Shown here in pieces: positions 29,821 through 40,098 of a DNA stretch of 64,000 nucleotides. The notes beneath the pieces are model-generated. The model was not told the DNA's origin. It did no database searches and was given only the letters and a program-made list of their open reading frames with translations. Made by a program: the position numbers and the translations under genes. The DNA comes from Candidatus Amesbacteria bacterium GW2011_GWB1_47_19 (GTDB taxonomy: Bacteria > Patescibacteriota > Microgenomatia > CAZETR01 > Amesbacteraceae). The stretch spans positions 3,773 to 67,772 of the forward strand of contig LCNZ01000001.1 of NCBI GenBank assembly GCA_001002325.1. The letters run 5' to 3'. The first letter of the stretch is position 1. The number at the start of each line of letters is the position of its first letter.

Positions 29821-31491
29821 TTAATTCTGGTCGGGGGCGGGAAGGATGAGCGGTTCTTCGGGCTGATTGACGAATAAGCTTTTCCAGTGGGTAATACGTC
29901 TGAAAAGTGATACGAAAGACGATAGTTCTTCGACACGAAAAAGATAGGAGAGAAATAGATAGACAGCCAAACCGGTAAGGGAGGTAGTAAGAGTGAGACC
30001 TATAAGGGGAAGGGTCCGGGTGGTATCGAAAACGAACTTGTCCAGCAAGCGCATGGGAAGCCAGAGGCTGAGACCGGTGGCCAGACCAGTAACAGCCATT
30101 CGGGAAAAAGAACCCATCAGTTTTTTTATTTCCGATACCTCCAATTTTATCCGTCGGAGAAATAGTCCTACTAAAATCATTGTTTCCAAGGCCGCAGTGG
30201 CAGAGATCGCAATTGCAAGTCCGATTACTCCCAGGTTAAAAAACCGGGTGGCGATAAGGGCGACGACTACGTCAAAAATTGCAGCTCCAAGCCCGACATA
30301 AAGCGGAGTACGGGTATCATGGAGGGCATAAAATGCCCGGATAATAAGCTGCATAACCGCAGTGAAGGTGGCCGCAGCCGCCAATATGGCCAAGGTCTTG
30401 CCGGTAGTCAGGGTGGCGGCCCAGGGAAACGAGCGGGCACCGAAGACCAGCCGGACGATGGGGATGCGTAACACAATGAAGAGAATACTGAGCGGGAGGG
30501 CAAAAAATACAGCTTGCTTGAGAGCGTCAGAAAGAGTCCGGTAAAAAGCCCGGGGATCCGAACGGGAAGCCAACCGGGAAAGAGTGGGGAGAGCGGCCTG
30601 ACCTAAAGTAACACCAAAGAGTGTGGAAGGGATGGTGTACAGCAAGCGGGCAACATTGAGAAGAGTGAGAGAGCCTGAGGCCATCAGCGAAGCTAAAAAA
30701 ACGGCGGCAAACATTTCTATCTGATCTATCCCCAATGCAAGAGCCCGGGGAGGCATTAGCCGCAAGGTTTCCCTGACACCCGGATGGCGGTAGTCAAGAA
30801 TTGCCCGGGGGCGAAAACCTAGCCGGATAGCTACCGGGATCTGAAGGCTCATGTGCAGAAAAGAGCCAAAAACTACTCCGACTGCCGGACCGAAAATGCC
30901 CATCACGGGAGACAGGATAATTGTACCCAGGATTATGCCCAAGTTGTACGCTATGGGAGCCAAAGCGGGGATAAGAAAACGTTGGTGGGAATGGATGATG
31001 GCCGTCATAAAACTGGAAACGGCAAAAAAGAGCTGGGCGGTGAGCATAACCCGGAGTAAAGAGGCCATGACCGAAACCTGGTGCGGGTTGAAGCCGGGGG
31101 CGATCAGACGAGAAAAGAACGGGGCAAAAGTGAAAATTACCAGGGATAATACAATAAACACCAGTAGTATGAGATTTAATGAAGCACTGGCGATATACCA
31201 AGCCTGGGATTCATCACGGGAAAGATAGCGGGTGAAAACAGGGATGAAGGCCGCAGACAGAGAACCGATTACCAGCAGTTGAAAAAGAGTATCCGGAATA
31301 ACAAAAGCGGCATAATACACATCCAGGCTGCCGGCTTTGGATCCGAAAAAATAGCTGATCAAAAGACGGGTTTTGAAAAGTCCCATTACCTGGGAGACGG
31401 CATAGGTGACCATAATGACAAAGGCAGCGGAGAGAATGTCGGTCTGACGGCGCAGAAACAGAAGCCGGCCGTTTTTGAGAAGTTCCCGCAT
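29821..31491 (-). CDS. murJ: lipid II flippase MurJ/MviN
   Basis: AAFVIPD, GSLSAAFIPVF, RAFYALHDTRTP; multi-TM. Confidence 0.92.
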   Translation of the reverse strand: MRELLKNGRLLFLRRQTDILSAAFVIMVTYAVSQVMGLFKTRLLISYFFGSKAGSLDVYYAAFVIPDTLFQLLVIGSLSAAFIPVFTRYLSRDESQAWYIASASLNLILLVFIVLSLVIFTFAPFFSRLIAPGFNPHQVSVMASLLRVMLTAQLFFAVSSFMTAIIHSHQRFLIPALAPIAYNLGIILGTIILSPVMGIFGPAVGVVFGSFLHMSLQIPVAIRLGFRPRAILDYRHPGVRETLRLMPPRALALGIDQIEMFAAVFLASLMASGSLTLLNVARLLYTIPSTLFGVTLGQAALPTLSRLASRSDPRAFYRTLSDALKQAVFFALPLSILFIVLRIPIVRLVFGARSFPWAATLTTGKTLAILAAAATFTAVMQLIIRAFYALHDTRTPLYVGLGAAIFDVVVALIATRFFNLGVIGLAIAISATAALETMILVGLFLRRIKLEVSEIKKLMGSFSRMAVTGLATGLSLWLPMRLLDKFVFDTTRTLPLIGLTLTTSLTGLAVYLFLSYLFRVEELSSFVSLFRRITHWKSLFVNQPEEPLILPAPDQN

Positions 31492-31539
31492 GTGTGCTAT
31501 TATATGGCCGCCGTTTAGTTTACTGTAGAGGTAAAAGAT

Positions 31540-31779
31540 ATGCCGGTTACATCAGGAGCACTGAGGACATTGAAAGCAGACAGACGCAGAGCTGTCGTAA
31601 ACATAAAGGTCAGGGACCGTCTCAAGGAGGCGGTAGCTGCAATGCGTAAAAAGCCTACACCCGGGAGCCTGGTGAAAGTGTTCAGGGCTGTGGACCGGGC
31701 GGTTAAAGGAAAAGTGATACATAAGAATAAAGCTGCCAGGATCAAATCCCGGCTGGCATTGCTGGTGAAGAAAAAGTAG
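31540..31779 (+). CDS. rpsT: 30S ribosomal protein S20
   Basis: DRAVKGKVIHKNKAARIKSRL. Confidence 0.96.
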   Translation: MPVTSGALRTLKADRRRAVVNIKVRDRLKEAVAAMRKKPTPGSLVKVFRAVDRAVKGKVIHKNKAARIKSRLALLVKKK

Positions 31780-31797
31780 AGTTGGTATACTAATGAC

Positions 31798-32331
31798 ATG
31801 CCTGCCCGGGCCAGGACAATAAACCTACTTCCACTTTCGGGTCTGGAAACTTCCTTTTGGGGAAAGTTGCTGAAGTGGGCAATAACTTCCGGCCGCTACA
31901 TTATTATCGTGACCGAACTGGTGGTCATTTTGGCTTTTTTATCGAGATTTAAACTGGACTCGGACCTGGTAAACCTGAATGAAGAAATTAATGGCAAGGT
32001 AAATATTCTTAACGGGTATGCTCCGCTGGAGCAGGAATTTATACAACGGCAGGCCAGACTGGAAGCGCTGGATAAATTATTGGCCGGCAGATATTCGCCC
32101 CGGGACAAAATGGATAAGCTGGCAGAAAAAGTGCCGCCGGAGCTGAAGCTGGCAATTCTGGATATGGACCAGGAGAAAATAACAAGCGAGGCCAATTCCC
32201 TGGGAGAGCAGGCGCTGGGAACTTTTATTACAGGTTTGGGTAAAGATCCCACCTGGAAAAGTATCGAGCTGACTCAGGTATCCGAAGAGCCACTGAAAGG
32301 AATTAAATTCTCACTGGTAATTAAGGAATAA
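31798..32331 (+). CDS. PilN-like pilus alignment protein
   Basis: INLLP motif, single TM, coiled coil; precedes a PilO-like gene. Confidence 0.7.
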   Translation: MPARARTINLLPLSGLETSFWGKLLKWAITSGRYIIIVTELVVILAFLSRFKLDSDLVNLNEEINGKVNILNGYAPLEQEFIQRQARLEALDKLLAGRYSPRDKMDKLAEKVPPELKLAILDMDQEKITSEANSLGEQALGTFITGLGKDPTWKSIELTQVSEEPLKGIKFSLVIKE

Positions 32332-32332
32332 G

Positions 32333-32974
32333 ATGGCGCTGCAATACAAAAATAGTCTGACCAGGTACAGAAGATACCTGCAAACCACACGGAGCCAGCC
32401 GGCAATGCAGGCCAGTTTGTGGCTGATTTTATCTTTGATACTGGTGATCGGCCTGTTAGTCATGGCATTGAAACCGACTCTGATAACCATATCCGGTCTG
32501 ATGGGACAGATTGACCAACGACGACAGCTGGCGGTGCAGCTGGATGAAAAAATCCGGACAGTCAAAAAAGCTCTGAGTCTGTTGGATGAAGTGCGTCCCC
32601 AATTTGAATTGATGGATGAGGGGTTACCGACTGTCTCCGATTGGGAAATACTGGCTCTGGCACTGGAGGGAACCGCCATACAAACCGGAGTGAATTTAAC
32701 CTCCGTATCTTTTGACCCTATCACCCTGTCAGGCGAGAGGTATACATCAACCGCGAAAAAGATCCGGGTTATTCCCGAGGGAATGGAAGATGTAGGATTT
32801 TCCGTGACGGGAACGGGGGAGTATACCCAGATCCGGAACTGGCTGATTAGCCTGGAGAATCAGCGGCGGGTAGTGGCTATCAGAAGAGTCAAAATATCCA
32901 AGGAAGAAACAGGAGAGTTAACTGTGACTGTTGACGGTGCTGTGGCGTATCAGTCAGCCGAAAAGCCGTTATGA
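32333..32974 (+). CDS. PilO-like pilus alignment protein
   Basis: TM, coiled coil, GLP, then TGEYTQIRNWLISLENQRRV. Confidence 0.72.
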   Translation: MALQYKNSLTRYRRYLQTTRSQPAMQASLWLILSLILVIGLLVMALKPTLITISGLMGQIDQRRQLAVQLDEKIRTVKKALSLLDEVRPQFELMDEGLPTVSDWEILALALEGTAIQTGVNLTSVSFDPITLSGERYTSTAKKIRVIPEGMEDVGFSVTGTGEYTQIRNWLISLENQRRVVAIRRVKISKEETGELTVTVDGAVAYQSAEKPL

Positions 32975-33171
32975 AAAAGAAGGGTTGGGACAGGGATGTT
33001 GTGATAGTATTAATCACGACGCTGGTCACGCTGGCGTGCTGGGTGGGTTTTGAGGTTTACCGGGCTTATTTAAAAACGGACCTTCCCCAGGGGGTAGAAA
33101 AACATCTGAAAACACTGGACCCGCAATTAAAAACCGGGGTATTAGATAGGTTAAGGCAGATGAACAGATGA
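32971..33171 (+). CDS. small single-TM protein in the PilP position
   Basis: 66 aa, ATGA overlaps with both neighbours. Confidence 0.7.
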   Translation: MKKKGWDRDVVIVLITTLVTLACWVGFEVYRAYLKTDLPQGVEKHLKTLDPQLKTGVLDRLRQMNR

Positions 33172-34544
33172 AAAAACCGGAAGTAACCATCCCAACAATT
33201 ATCGGTTTACTGATTGCGGTGGGAGGGCTGGTGGCAGGTTTGTGGCTGATCAGAGGCCAACTAAAACAAAGCGGCAAAGCTGCGGCTGATGAAGTGCCGG
33301 AAGAAGTCAAAATCACCAACATAAACGATACCAGCTTTACAGTTTCCTGGGTCACAGGTAAAGCGGTGTCGGGATATGTGAGGTATACAGAAACCGGCGG
33401 AGAACCGGAAACCGTGATGTCAGATGAAAGAGACTTGCAGAGAGGGTCTGTAGAAAATTACTTTACCCATTTTGTAACAGTGCGGGGTTTGAAACCGGAA
33501 ACGGTGTATGACTTTGAGGTGGGTTCGGGGAAAAATCTGTACGATCAAGAAGGAGAACTGTACCAGACAGAAACAGCACCTTCCCTGGCAATGGCACCCG
33601 ACGCCGATGTGGCTTACGGGAAAGCGTCCACCGCTAATGGTGATCCGGCCGAAGGTACTATTGTGTATTATCAGCTGCCAAACTGTGTGCTCCAGGCGGG
33701 ATTGGTAAAGTCCAGCGGATCCTGGGTGGTGCCGGTATCTACCGCCAGAGCGGAAGATCTGTCCGGGTATGCAGAGTATGATCCGATACAAACAAGAATC
33801 CGGATAGAGTTTCAGGGGGGACCGATGGGGACGGCAGCAGTAGACGCGGTGACGAGGAACGACAGCCCGGTCGGGGATGTGGTGCTGGGAAACAGCTATG
33901 CCTTTTTGACACCGGGAAACAAACCGAGTCCAACCCCCACTGCAGTGCCTGAGCCAGTGGAGCCTGCTCCCGGCGGGTTGCTTATTTCAGCCCCAAAATC
34001 CGGAGAAAAAATTAATTCCTTCCGACCGGAGATTATCGGAAAGGCACCACCGGGAACCGAAATTACGGTGGAAATTCACTCTGACGCGGTAGTGAGTGGG
34101 ATTTCGGTGGCGGATAATGAGGGGAATTATTCCTTTAGCGTACCGACTGATCTGGCCCCGGGAGAACACACTGTGACTGTCAGTGCCGTAGTAGACGGAG
34201 TAGTGCAGAAAGTAAGTAAAGGTTTTGTAGTTTACGCCGCCGGGGAAAGCTTTTTACCGGCATTTTCAGCGACACCTTCGGCTACGACCGTGCCCAGTCC
34301 CCTGCCGAGTGTGAGGATCAGCCCCTCAGTAACCCCACGGGTATCCCCCACTATAAAACCGACAGCCGGCGCGACGACAGTGCCAACGATTAAGCCAACT
34401 ATCTGGCCAACGCCGACAGCCACTGATTCAGGTCTGCCGGAATCCGGAAGTGCTTCCGGAACCTGGATAATCTTGCTTGCGGGACTGGCCTTAATGTTGT
34501 TTGGGGTTTTCGGATTCAGGAAAAGTGCTATAAAATCCGAGTAA
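33168..34544 (+). CDS. surface protein: FN3-like and Ig-like domains, P/T linker, LPESG sorting signal
   Basis: ITNINDTSFTVSWVT...HFVTVRGLKPETVY; PEIIGKA...LAPGEHTV; LPESG + hydrophobic + RK tail. Confidence 0.8.
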   Translation: MKKPEVTIPTIIGLLIAVGGLVAGLWLIRGQLKQSGKAAADEVPEEVKITNINDTSFTVSWVTGKAVSGYVRYTETGGEPETVMSDERDLQRGSVENYFTHFVTVRGLKPETVYDFEVGSGKNLYDQEGELYQTETAPSLAMAPDADVAYGKASTANGDPAEGTIVYYQLPNCVLQAGLVKSSGSWVVPVSTARAEDLSGYAEYDPIQTRIRIEFQGGPMGTAAVDAVTRNDSPVGDVVLGNSYAFLTPGNKPSPTPTAVPEPVEPAPGGLLISAPKSGEKINSFRPEIIGKAPPGTEITVEIHSDAVVSGISVADNEGNYSFSVPTDLAPGEHTVTVSAVVDGVVQKVSKGFVVYAAGESFLPAFSATPSATTVPSPLPSVRISPSVTPRVSPTIKPTAGATTVPTIKPTIWPTPTATDSGLPESGSASGTWIILLAGLALMLFGVFGFRKSAIKSE

Positions 34545-35101
34545 TGGCAAAGACAGTCAGGGTGGGGTTGGATTTTGACGGAGTGGTGGCGTATAATCCG
34601 GCGAGACTTTTCAGAGCTTATGTAAAATGGTTTAAAAGACGGGTTTTGGGTATAACTCGCCTGACTTTCATGGTACCGACCAATCCGGTGATAAAGTTTC
34701 TGTGGATCCTGGCTCATGAATCCAGCTTGTTTCCAGCCAAGGGGGCGGGGATGCTGAAACAATTATCCGGCCGGAACGATGTGGAGCTGCATCTGATTAC
34801 CGGAAGATATGTAATACTGGAAAACAATCTGAGGCGGTGGTTGGTAAAGTACAAAATGGAAAATCTATTCAAAACGGTGAACATTAACCGGGAATGCGAA
34901 CAACCGCATCTGTTTAAAAGGAGAATAATAGAGAAGTTGAAACTGGATTATTTTGTGGAAGACAACCTGGATATCGTGCAATATCTTAATGGTAAAACAA
35001 AAACCAGGATAATGTGGATTTACAATATCACCGACCGGAAAAAGAATTATGCGGACAAATTTCCCTACTTAGAAAAAGCGTTGCAGAACATTAAGGTGTG
35101 A
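34544..35101 (+). CDS. HAD-family nucleotidase-like protein
   Basis: GLDFDGVV, LITGR, K...YFVEDN. Confidence 0.75.
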   Translation: MAKTVRVGLDFDGVVAYNPARLFRAYVKWFKRRVLGITRLTFMVPTNPVIKFLWILAHESSLFPAKGAGMLKQLSGRNDVELHLITGRYVILENNLRRWLVKYKMENLFKTVNINRECEQPHLFKRRIIEKLKLDYFVEDNLDIVQYLNGKTKTRIMWIYNITDRKKNYADKFPYLEKALQNIKV

Positions 35102-36225
35102 GAGTTGTTTCCTGTCTGACATACTACCGGCCATATATATCAGGATTGGCGGTTTACGGACAAAGGCTGGCGGAGGGTCTGGCTAGGAAAGGGGCGGAGT
35201 CAGAAGTACTATGTTTTATGCACCGATCGGATCTGAAAACGGAAGAAGAATCCGGAGGAGTAAAAATTGTCAGGGCCAAGCCATGGTTCAAGATCAGCAA
35301 AGGGTTTATCTCACCCGACTGGGTGCGGAAGATGATCAAGGCGGTATCCCGGGCAGACACAGTAGTAGTACACTGGCCGGGGCCGGAAGGAGTGTCAGCA
35401 GTGTTGTGGGCAAGAATCCTGGGAAAGAAGGTAATAAGTATCTACCACTGCCAGGTGCAATTGCCTGACGGAATAGTGCGGAAACGGCTGGAGAGATTAT
35501 TGAATATTTCCGAGAGAATGGGCTTGGGCCTGAGCCAAACGGTGGTAAATTCGTCGCAAGACTATGCTATAAATTCTCCGGTATTGGCGGGAATGATGGC
35601 AAAAATAAAATATATTTATCCGCCGGTGGAAATCCCGGGGGAAAACAAGGCGGTCAGAAACCGGATACATAAGATGCTGGGAAGGCATCGGCCGGTGATA
35701 GGATTTGCAGGCAGGCTGGCTGCAGAAAAAGGGGTGGAGTATTTGTTGGAAGCGATTGCCTATCTTAAGACGGAGCTAAAAGATATCCGGGTGGTCATAT
35801 GCGGTCCGCAAGAAACCGCGGGTGAGAGTGAATACCGCCGTAAAATTGCATCTCTGGTAAGAAATCTCCGGAAGGAAGTGGTGTTTATAGGCCAGATACC
35901 GGACGGATGTATGGGGTCTTTTTATAAATTTCTGGATGTACTGGTTTTACCTTCCGTAAATTCCACCGAAGCTTTTGGGATGGTGCAGGCTGAAGCCATG
36001 ATGAGCGGAGTACCGGTAGTGACTTCGGACTTGCCGGGGGTAAGAGTGCCGGTCACAAAGACAGGAATGGGCAGATTGGCCAAACCTGGGGATGCGGGGG
36101 AGTTGGCGCGGGCGATTTCAGAGATATTACGCAACAGGAAGAAATATGTAAGAACACAGAAGGCACTTGAGGAATTCGATATGAATAAAAGCATGGATGC
36201 TTTCGCGGAAATTGCCGAGTTATGA
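35098..36225 (+). CDS. GT4 glycosyltransferase
   Basis: GRLAAEKG, EAFGMVQAEAM.SG.PVV. Confidence 0.92.
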   Translation: MRVVSCLTYYRPYISGLAVYGQRLAEGLARKGAESEVLCFMHRSDLKTEEESGGVKIVRAKPWFKISKGFISPDWVRKMIKAVSRADTVVVHWPGPEGVSAVLWARILGKKVISIYHCQVQLPDGIVRKRLERLLNISERMGLGLSQTVVNSSQDYAINSPVLAGMMAKIKYIYPPVEIPGENKAVRNRIHKMLGRHRPVIGFAGRLAAEKGVEYLLEAIAYLKTELKDIRVVICGPQETAGESEYRRKIASLVRNLRKEVVFIGQIPDGCMGSFYKFLDVLVLPSVNSTEAFGMVQAEAMMSGVPVVTSDLPGVRVPVTKTGMGRLAKPGDAGELARAISEILRNRKKYVRTQKALEEFDMNKSMDAFAEIAEL

Positions 36226-37730
36226 AACGCGACCGGCAGATACTGGCAGCAATACTGGGCGTTTACGCCGCCCTGACTATTTACGGCCTGGGCGGTTTAC
36301 CCGGCGAGTGGTACGGGGATATATCCAATGTCCATGAGTATGTGAAGGAAATTCTGGAAGGTAAATGGCCGTGGTATTTTTTACAAAGTGCCGGACCGGT
36401 GTACCATTACGCGATTGCGGGATTGATCGGAGTTATCGGCCAAAAACATCTGCAGTATAAACTGGCGTCGGCAGCTGTGGGAGGCGGAGTGGTGATAGCC
36501 GCATTTTTATTGGCCAGAAAACTGGCCGGGCCGGGGGTCGCCAGAATAACAGCGTTTATTACCGGTGTTTCATTTTGGACCCTGGTGTGGGCAAGGACCG
36601 GCAATTCCCAAATAATTATCCCGATACTGTCAGCAATAGCGATTTACTCGGCTGAAAAGTTCAGCAAGAAACCCCAAGCGCAGAATTTACTTCCGGGAAT
36701 TGTGGGCGTCAGCGCAGGCATGTTTACATACCCGCAATGTTTTGTGTTTCCCATCATTTTTTCGGGGTGGCTTTTGAGCAGGGGAAAAGTCAAGGGTATG
36801 GTTATCGGCTCTTTGGGACTGATTCCGGCTTTGGTTATTTGGGGACAGGTTGTTGTCAGGGATGCGAATAATTTTACCAGTGGATATGTCGGTCAAAAAA
36901 TTCCCAAGACTGAGGATTGGAAAAACCCCGAGACCTATTTGAAACTGACTAGGAACTTTTTCAAAACCGCGGGGATGTTGCATTTTAAAGGGGAAGTAAG
37001 TTTCCGGGTTAATGTACCGGATTCACCCCACTTGGACATCCTGAGCGGCTGGATGTTTGTTTTAGGGATTATTTACTGGTGGAAAAAAGACAGGAGGATG
37101 CTTTTGCGAATCGGGGCAGCCATGATGGTTCTGGCTTTACCGTCGATGTCACCGGCAATTCCCCAGGCGGAGATTCCCAACGGGGGGAGAGCAATCGGAA
37201 TTATTCCCCTGGTGTATTTGATAACTGCCAGCGGAATAATGATGGTTTACGAAAGGATGAAAAAGTCTGGACAGGTAGCGGCAACGATAGTTTTGGTGGT
37301 TATCCTGGGAGCGATAACAGGGTTAAATGTGTTTAAGTATTTCGGAAAATATACGCGGGGACTGCCAAATCACAATGTGCCATTCGGAAAAATAATCGCG
37401 GAAAGGATCGATCGTTATTCTGTAACAACCAAGGTTTTTATGGCTTCATGTTGCTGGGGTGAGTGGGGGCAACCTGAACCAAAAGCGATATATTACAGTC
37501 TAAAACACCAGGCCGGGAGAGAAGATTTAATAATGGCGGGAAATTTTGTCAAAGACTGTAAGGCGGTTTTCAGTACCCGGCCGGCGGTGGTATTTTTTGA
37601 TCCCAGAGAAACAGATCAGATAAAGGATTTTGAGATATGTCTATTGCATGCAAAGCGGGAGGAATATGTGGAAAACGGAGAAAAGGCCTATGTATCATTG
37701 TTTATCGGCGCGGATGATCAATCGAAATGA
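36222..37730 (+). CDS. GT-C fold (ArnT/PMT-like) membrane glycosyltransferase
   Basis: Multi-TM with first-loop acidic motif (WYGD) and C-terminal extracellular domain. Confidence 0.6.
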   Translation: MKRDRQILAAILGVYAALTIYGLGGLPGEWYGDISNVHEYVKEILEGKWPWYFLQSAGPVYHYAIAGLIGVIGQKHLQYKLASAAVGGGVVIAAFLLARKLAGPGVARITAFITGVSFWTLVWARTGNSQIIIPILSAIAIYSAEKFSKKPQAQNLLPGIVGVSAGMFTYPQCFVFPIIFSGWLLSRGKVKGMVIGSLGLIPALVIWGQVVVRDANNFTSGYVGQKIPKTEDWKNPETYLKLTRNFFKTAGMLHFKGEVSFRVNVPDSPHLDILSGWMFVLGIIYWWKKDRRMLLRIGAAMMVLALPSMSPAIPQAEIPNGGRAIGIIPLVYLITASGIMMVYERMKKSGQVAATIVLVVILGAITGLNVFKYFGKYTRGLPNHNVPFGKIIAERIDRYSVTTKVFMASCCWGEWGQPEPKAIYYSLKHQAGREDLIMAGNFVKDCKAVFSTRPAVVFFDPRETDQIKDFEICLLHAKREEYVENGEKAYVSLFIGADDQSK

Positions 37731-38411
37731 GAAAGGGGCAAGATACGGGAAACGGGATACTCCCAAGGCATTTGAGCGACATGCGGCGGGCAAGGAGGAC
37801 AACAGTCTGGTCGGAAACAGTCCATGGCCGGAGATATTTACCCGAGAGAAACCGGCTTTTAAAAATTGAGTTTTCAGGTTAGATGGAGTGCATTGCAAAA
37901 TACCTTTTTCCACCGCCCAGGGAATACGGTTGGCCAGATAGTGAGCGTACCAGAGAGGATAAAAAGCATTAGGTTCGGAAAAAGCGATCGTGCCACCGGG
38001 ACGGAGAGCGGAAAATACCCGGGGAAGCAGCAGCCGGATGTCAACATGATGAAGAATGTCCGCTCCCACTACCGCATCGGCCACGGGTGAAGCAGGCAGT
38101 CGGGACATTAAAGCAAGCTTACCCCAGCCGGGCTGACGATGGCGGAAATAAAAAGTTTTCAAGTCCGCCAGAGAGACCGGAGAGACATCCACTCCAATAA
38201 CATCAAAACCCAAGGCCAGAAAATACAGGGCGACCCGACCGGAACCGCAGCCGAAGTCGATGATGCGGACACCGGGACGCAGATGTAAAGTCCGTTCGAG
38301 ATGCACTAATTCCAGCTTTTGGGCAAGGGGTGGGGAAAGCAGGAATGCTGCGGAATATCGGTGCGGAGCATAATCAAAGTACTGACGCTGAAGACGGGGG
38401 TCAGAGCGCAT
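37695..38411 (-). CDS. class I SAM-dependent methyltransferase
   Basis: IIDFGCGSG, GVDVS, LHH, LRPGG..EPN. Confidence 0.9.
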   Translation of the reverse strand: MRSDPRLQRQYFDYAPHRYSAAFLLSPPLAQKLELVHLERTLHLRPGVRIIDFGCGSGRVALYFLALGFDVIGVDVSPVSLADLKTFYFRHRQPGWGKLALMSRLPASPVADAVVGADILHHVDIRLLLPRVFSALRPGGTIAFSEPNAFYPLWYAHYLANRIPWAVEKGILQCTPSNLKTQFLKAGFSRVNISGHGLFPTRLLSSLPAACRSNALGVSRFPYLAPFSFRLIIRADKQ

Positions 38412-40098
38412 TATTTTTTTTGAAAATAATGACTTTGGGGTGGTCGTAGACCGTAAAGGTCTCGTCGGCGTAGTCGTCTACAAAATTGATTCCGGGTAAC
38501 GGGCATTCCTGGGAGGCGCGGGTGACGACCCCGTATTTTATAAATGGCGGAGTAAGGCAGATATGTGTTCCCGGTAAGGGCAGATTCGGACGGGAGGTGA
38601 ACTCGGCGATCTTTGAAAAGCCCAGATTATCGGCAAAAAGGTCACGGTAAAAAAGATTGGTAGCGGGATAAATTTCGGGGACAGTCATGATTGAACCGTA
38701 GAGGCGGTTGCTGGAAAGAATAATATAATCCAACCCGGCCAAGCGGGTAGCCATATCCTGCCACTTCTCGGGCGTGTCTTGGGCATAGAGAGGAAATTCG
38801 ATAATCCGGTACGGAGCATTGTATCCCAGAGGCAGACAGTCGTCCCAGTGTTCACAAGAGATACGACTGCCGGGAGGTATATGAGTGTTGATCCAGGTAG
38901 ATGCGCTAACCCGGGAGTGCGGCCGGGAATAGATGGTTATAAAAGCGAGTGGCCATATTAAAGTCAGTGGGAGGGTAAGGGTTAGAATATGAATCCGATA
39001 TCGGGGGAGACGCGACAGCAGTTGGAAAAAACCAGATCCCGAAAGAACTGCTAAAAACGGGAAAGCGGGATAAAAATAGCGGATGGGTTGGGCAAATTGG
39101 GTAGAATAATAGATAAATACACCCAGAATCCAAAGAAGCGGTAATATAAGGAGGGGTTGGTATTTCAGGCGGTTGACGAGCTGTAAAAGAGAGAGGAAGC
39201 TGATAAGTGCCAGGGGTACACCCAGACCCCAAAGAATAAGATTTTCCAGCGAATATAAGACCGGACGGGTGTGAATCCACTGGATAGCCGGGGGGAAATA
39301 ACTATCGGCGCGGCTCATGTTTTTTAGCTCCTGCCAATTAGTCAGGACCTTGGAGTTCAATGAAAAAGACAAGAGACGGGAGTCGGCGAACAGGTAGGGT
39401 TGAGCCAGGCGGACAGTGAAATAAAAGGAAATGACGATGGTGATTAGCAACAACAACCATTTGAATAAATTGCGGGTACGGAAAAAATAGACTATTAAGC
39501 CAAGGGCGATTATCGGGAGAAAGATGCTGGCGGAGATTTTGGCGGCAATGGCCAAGCCAAAAGAAAGGCCTAAAAGATATGGAAAAGGAGAGATGAGAAA
39601 ATAAAAGGATAAAACAAGGAAAAATACCAAGAAGGTATCGACGGCAAAAAAATGGGCCAGTTGGATCGGCAGAACTGAAACAGAGTAAAAGAAGGCAGCC
39701 AGCAAGGCAGGCGAAGCCCTGCCGGTCAGGCGGCGGGTGATAAGAAACACCAAAATGGCAATACTCCAATCGAGAATGGCTGAGGTGTACCGGCCGGTAC
39801 GCATGATCGATCCGTAATCACCTGAAGACAGTTTACCGGCCAGAAATTTAACCAGATGAACAGGGTATGTACCATAAACGAAGAAATTGTAACCCCGATT
39901 GTGGGGGTTGGCTGGGGAAGATGAAGTATCAAAATAACCGGAGACGGAACCGGGGAAAGAGATGTCGTTGGCTACCATTACCAAAAAGCGTTCATCGGGA
40001 TGTAAACTATATCCCTGATCCCATTTGAGTCCATAAAGGCGGAGGACTGCTGCCAGAAATAATATAACAAGGAATAACAGAATGACGCGAAACTTCAT
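38401..40098 (-). CDS. GT-C (GT39/PMT-like) membrane glycosyltransferase
   Basis: LRLYGL.WD...HPDERF, FVYGT, QLAHFFAVD, ADETFTVYDHP; start could also be 40110. Confidence 0.75.
   Translation of the reverse strand: MKFRVILLFLVILFLAAVLRLYGLKWDQGYSLHPDERFLVMVANDISFPGSVSGYFDTSSSPANPHNRGYNFFVYGTYPVHLVKFLAGKLSSGDYGSIMRTGRYTSAILDWSIAILVFLITRRLTGRASPALLAAFFYSVSVLPIQLAHFFAVDTFLVFFLVLSFYFLISPFPYLLGLSFGLAIAAKISASIFLPIIALGLIVYFFRTRNLFKWLLLLITIVISFYFTVRLAQPYLFADSRLLSFSLNSKVLTNWQELKNMSRADSYFPPAIQWIHTRPVLYSLENLILWGLGVPLALISFLSLLQLVNRLKYQPLLILPLLWILGVFIYYSTQFAQPIRYFYPAFPFLAVLSGSGFFQLLSRLPRYRIHILTLTLPLTLIWPLAFITIYSRPHSRVSASTWINTHIPPGSRISCEHWDDCLPLGYNAPYRIIEFPLYAQDTPEKWQDMATRLAGLDYIILSSNRLYGSIMTVPEIYPATNLFYRDLFADNLGFSKIAEFTSRPNLPLPGTHICLTPPFIKYGVVTRASQECPLPGINFVDDYADETFTVYDHPKVIIFKKNNAL

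Noticed and set aside
29705-29849. Two 35-codon + strand ORFs and a small hairpin between lepA and murJ
   Set aside because: No motif or homology evidence to choose either frame
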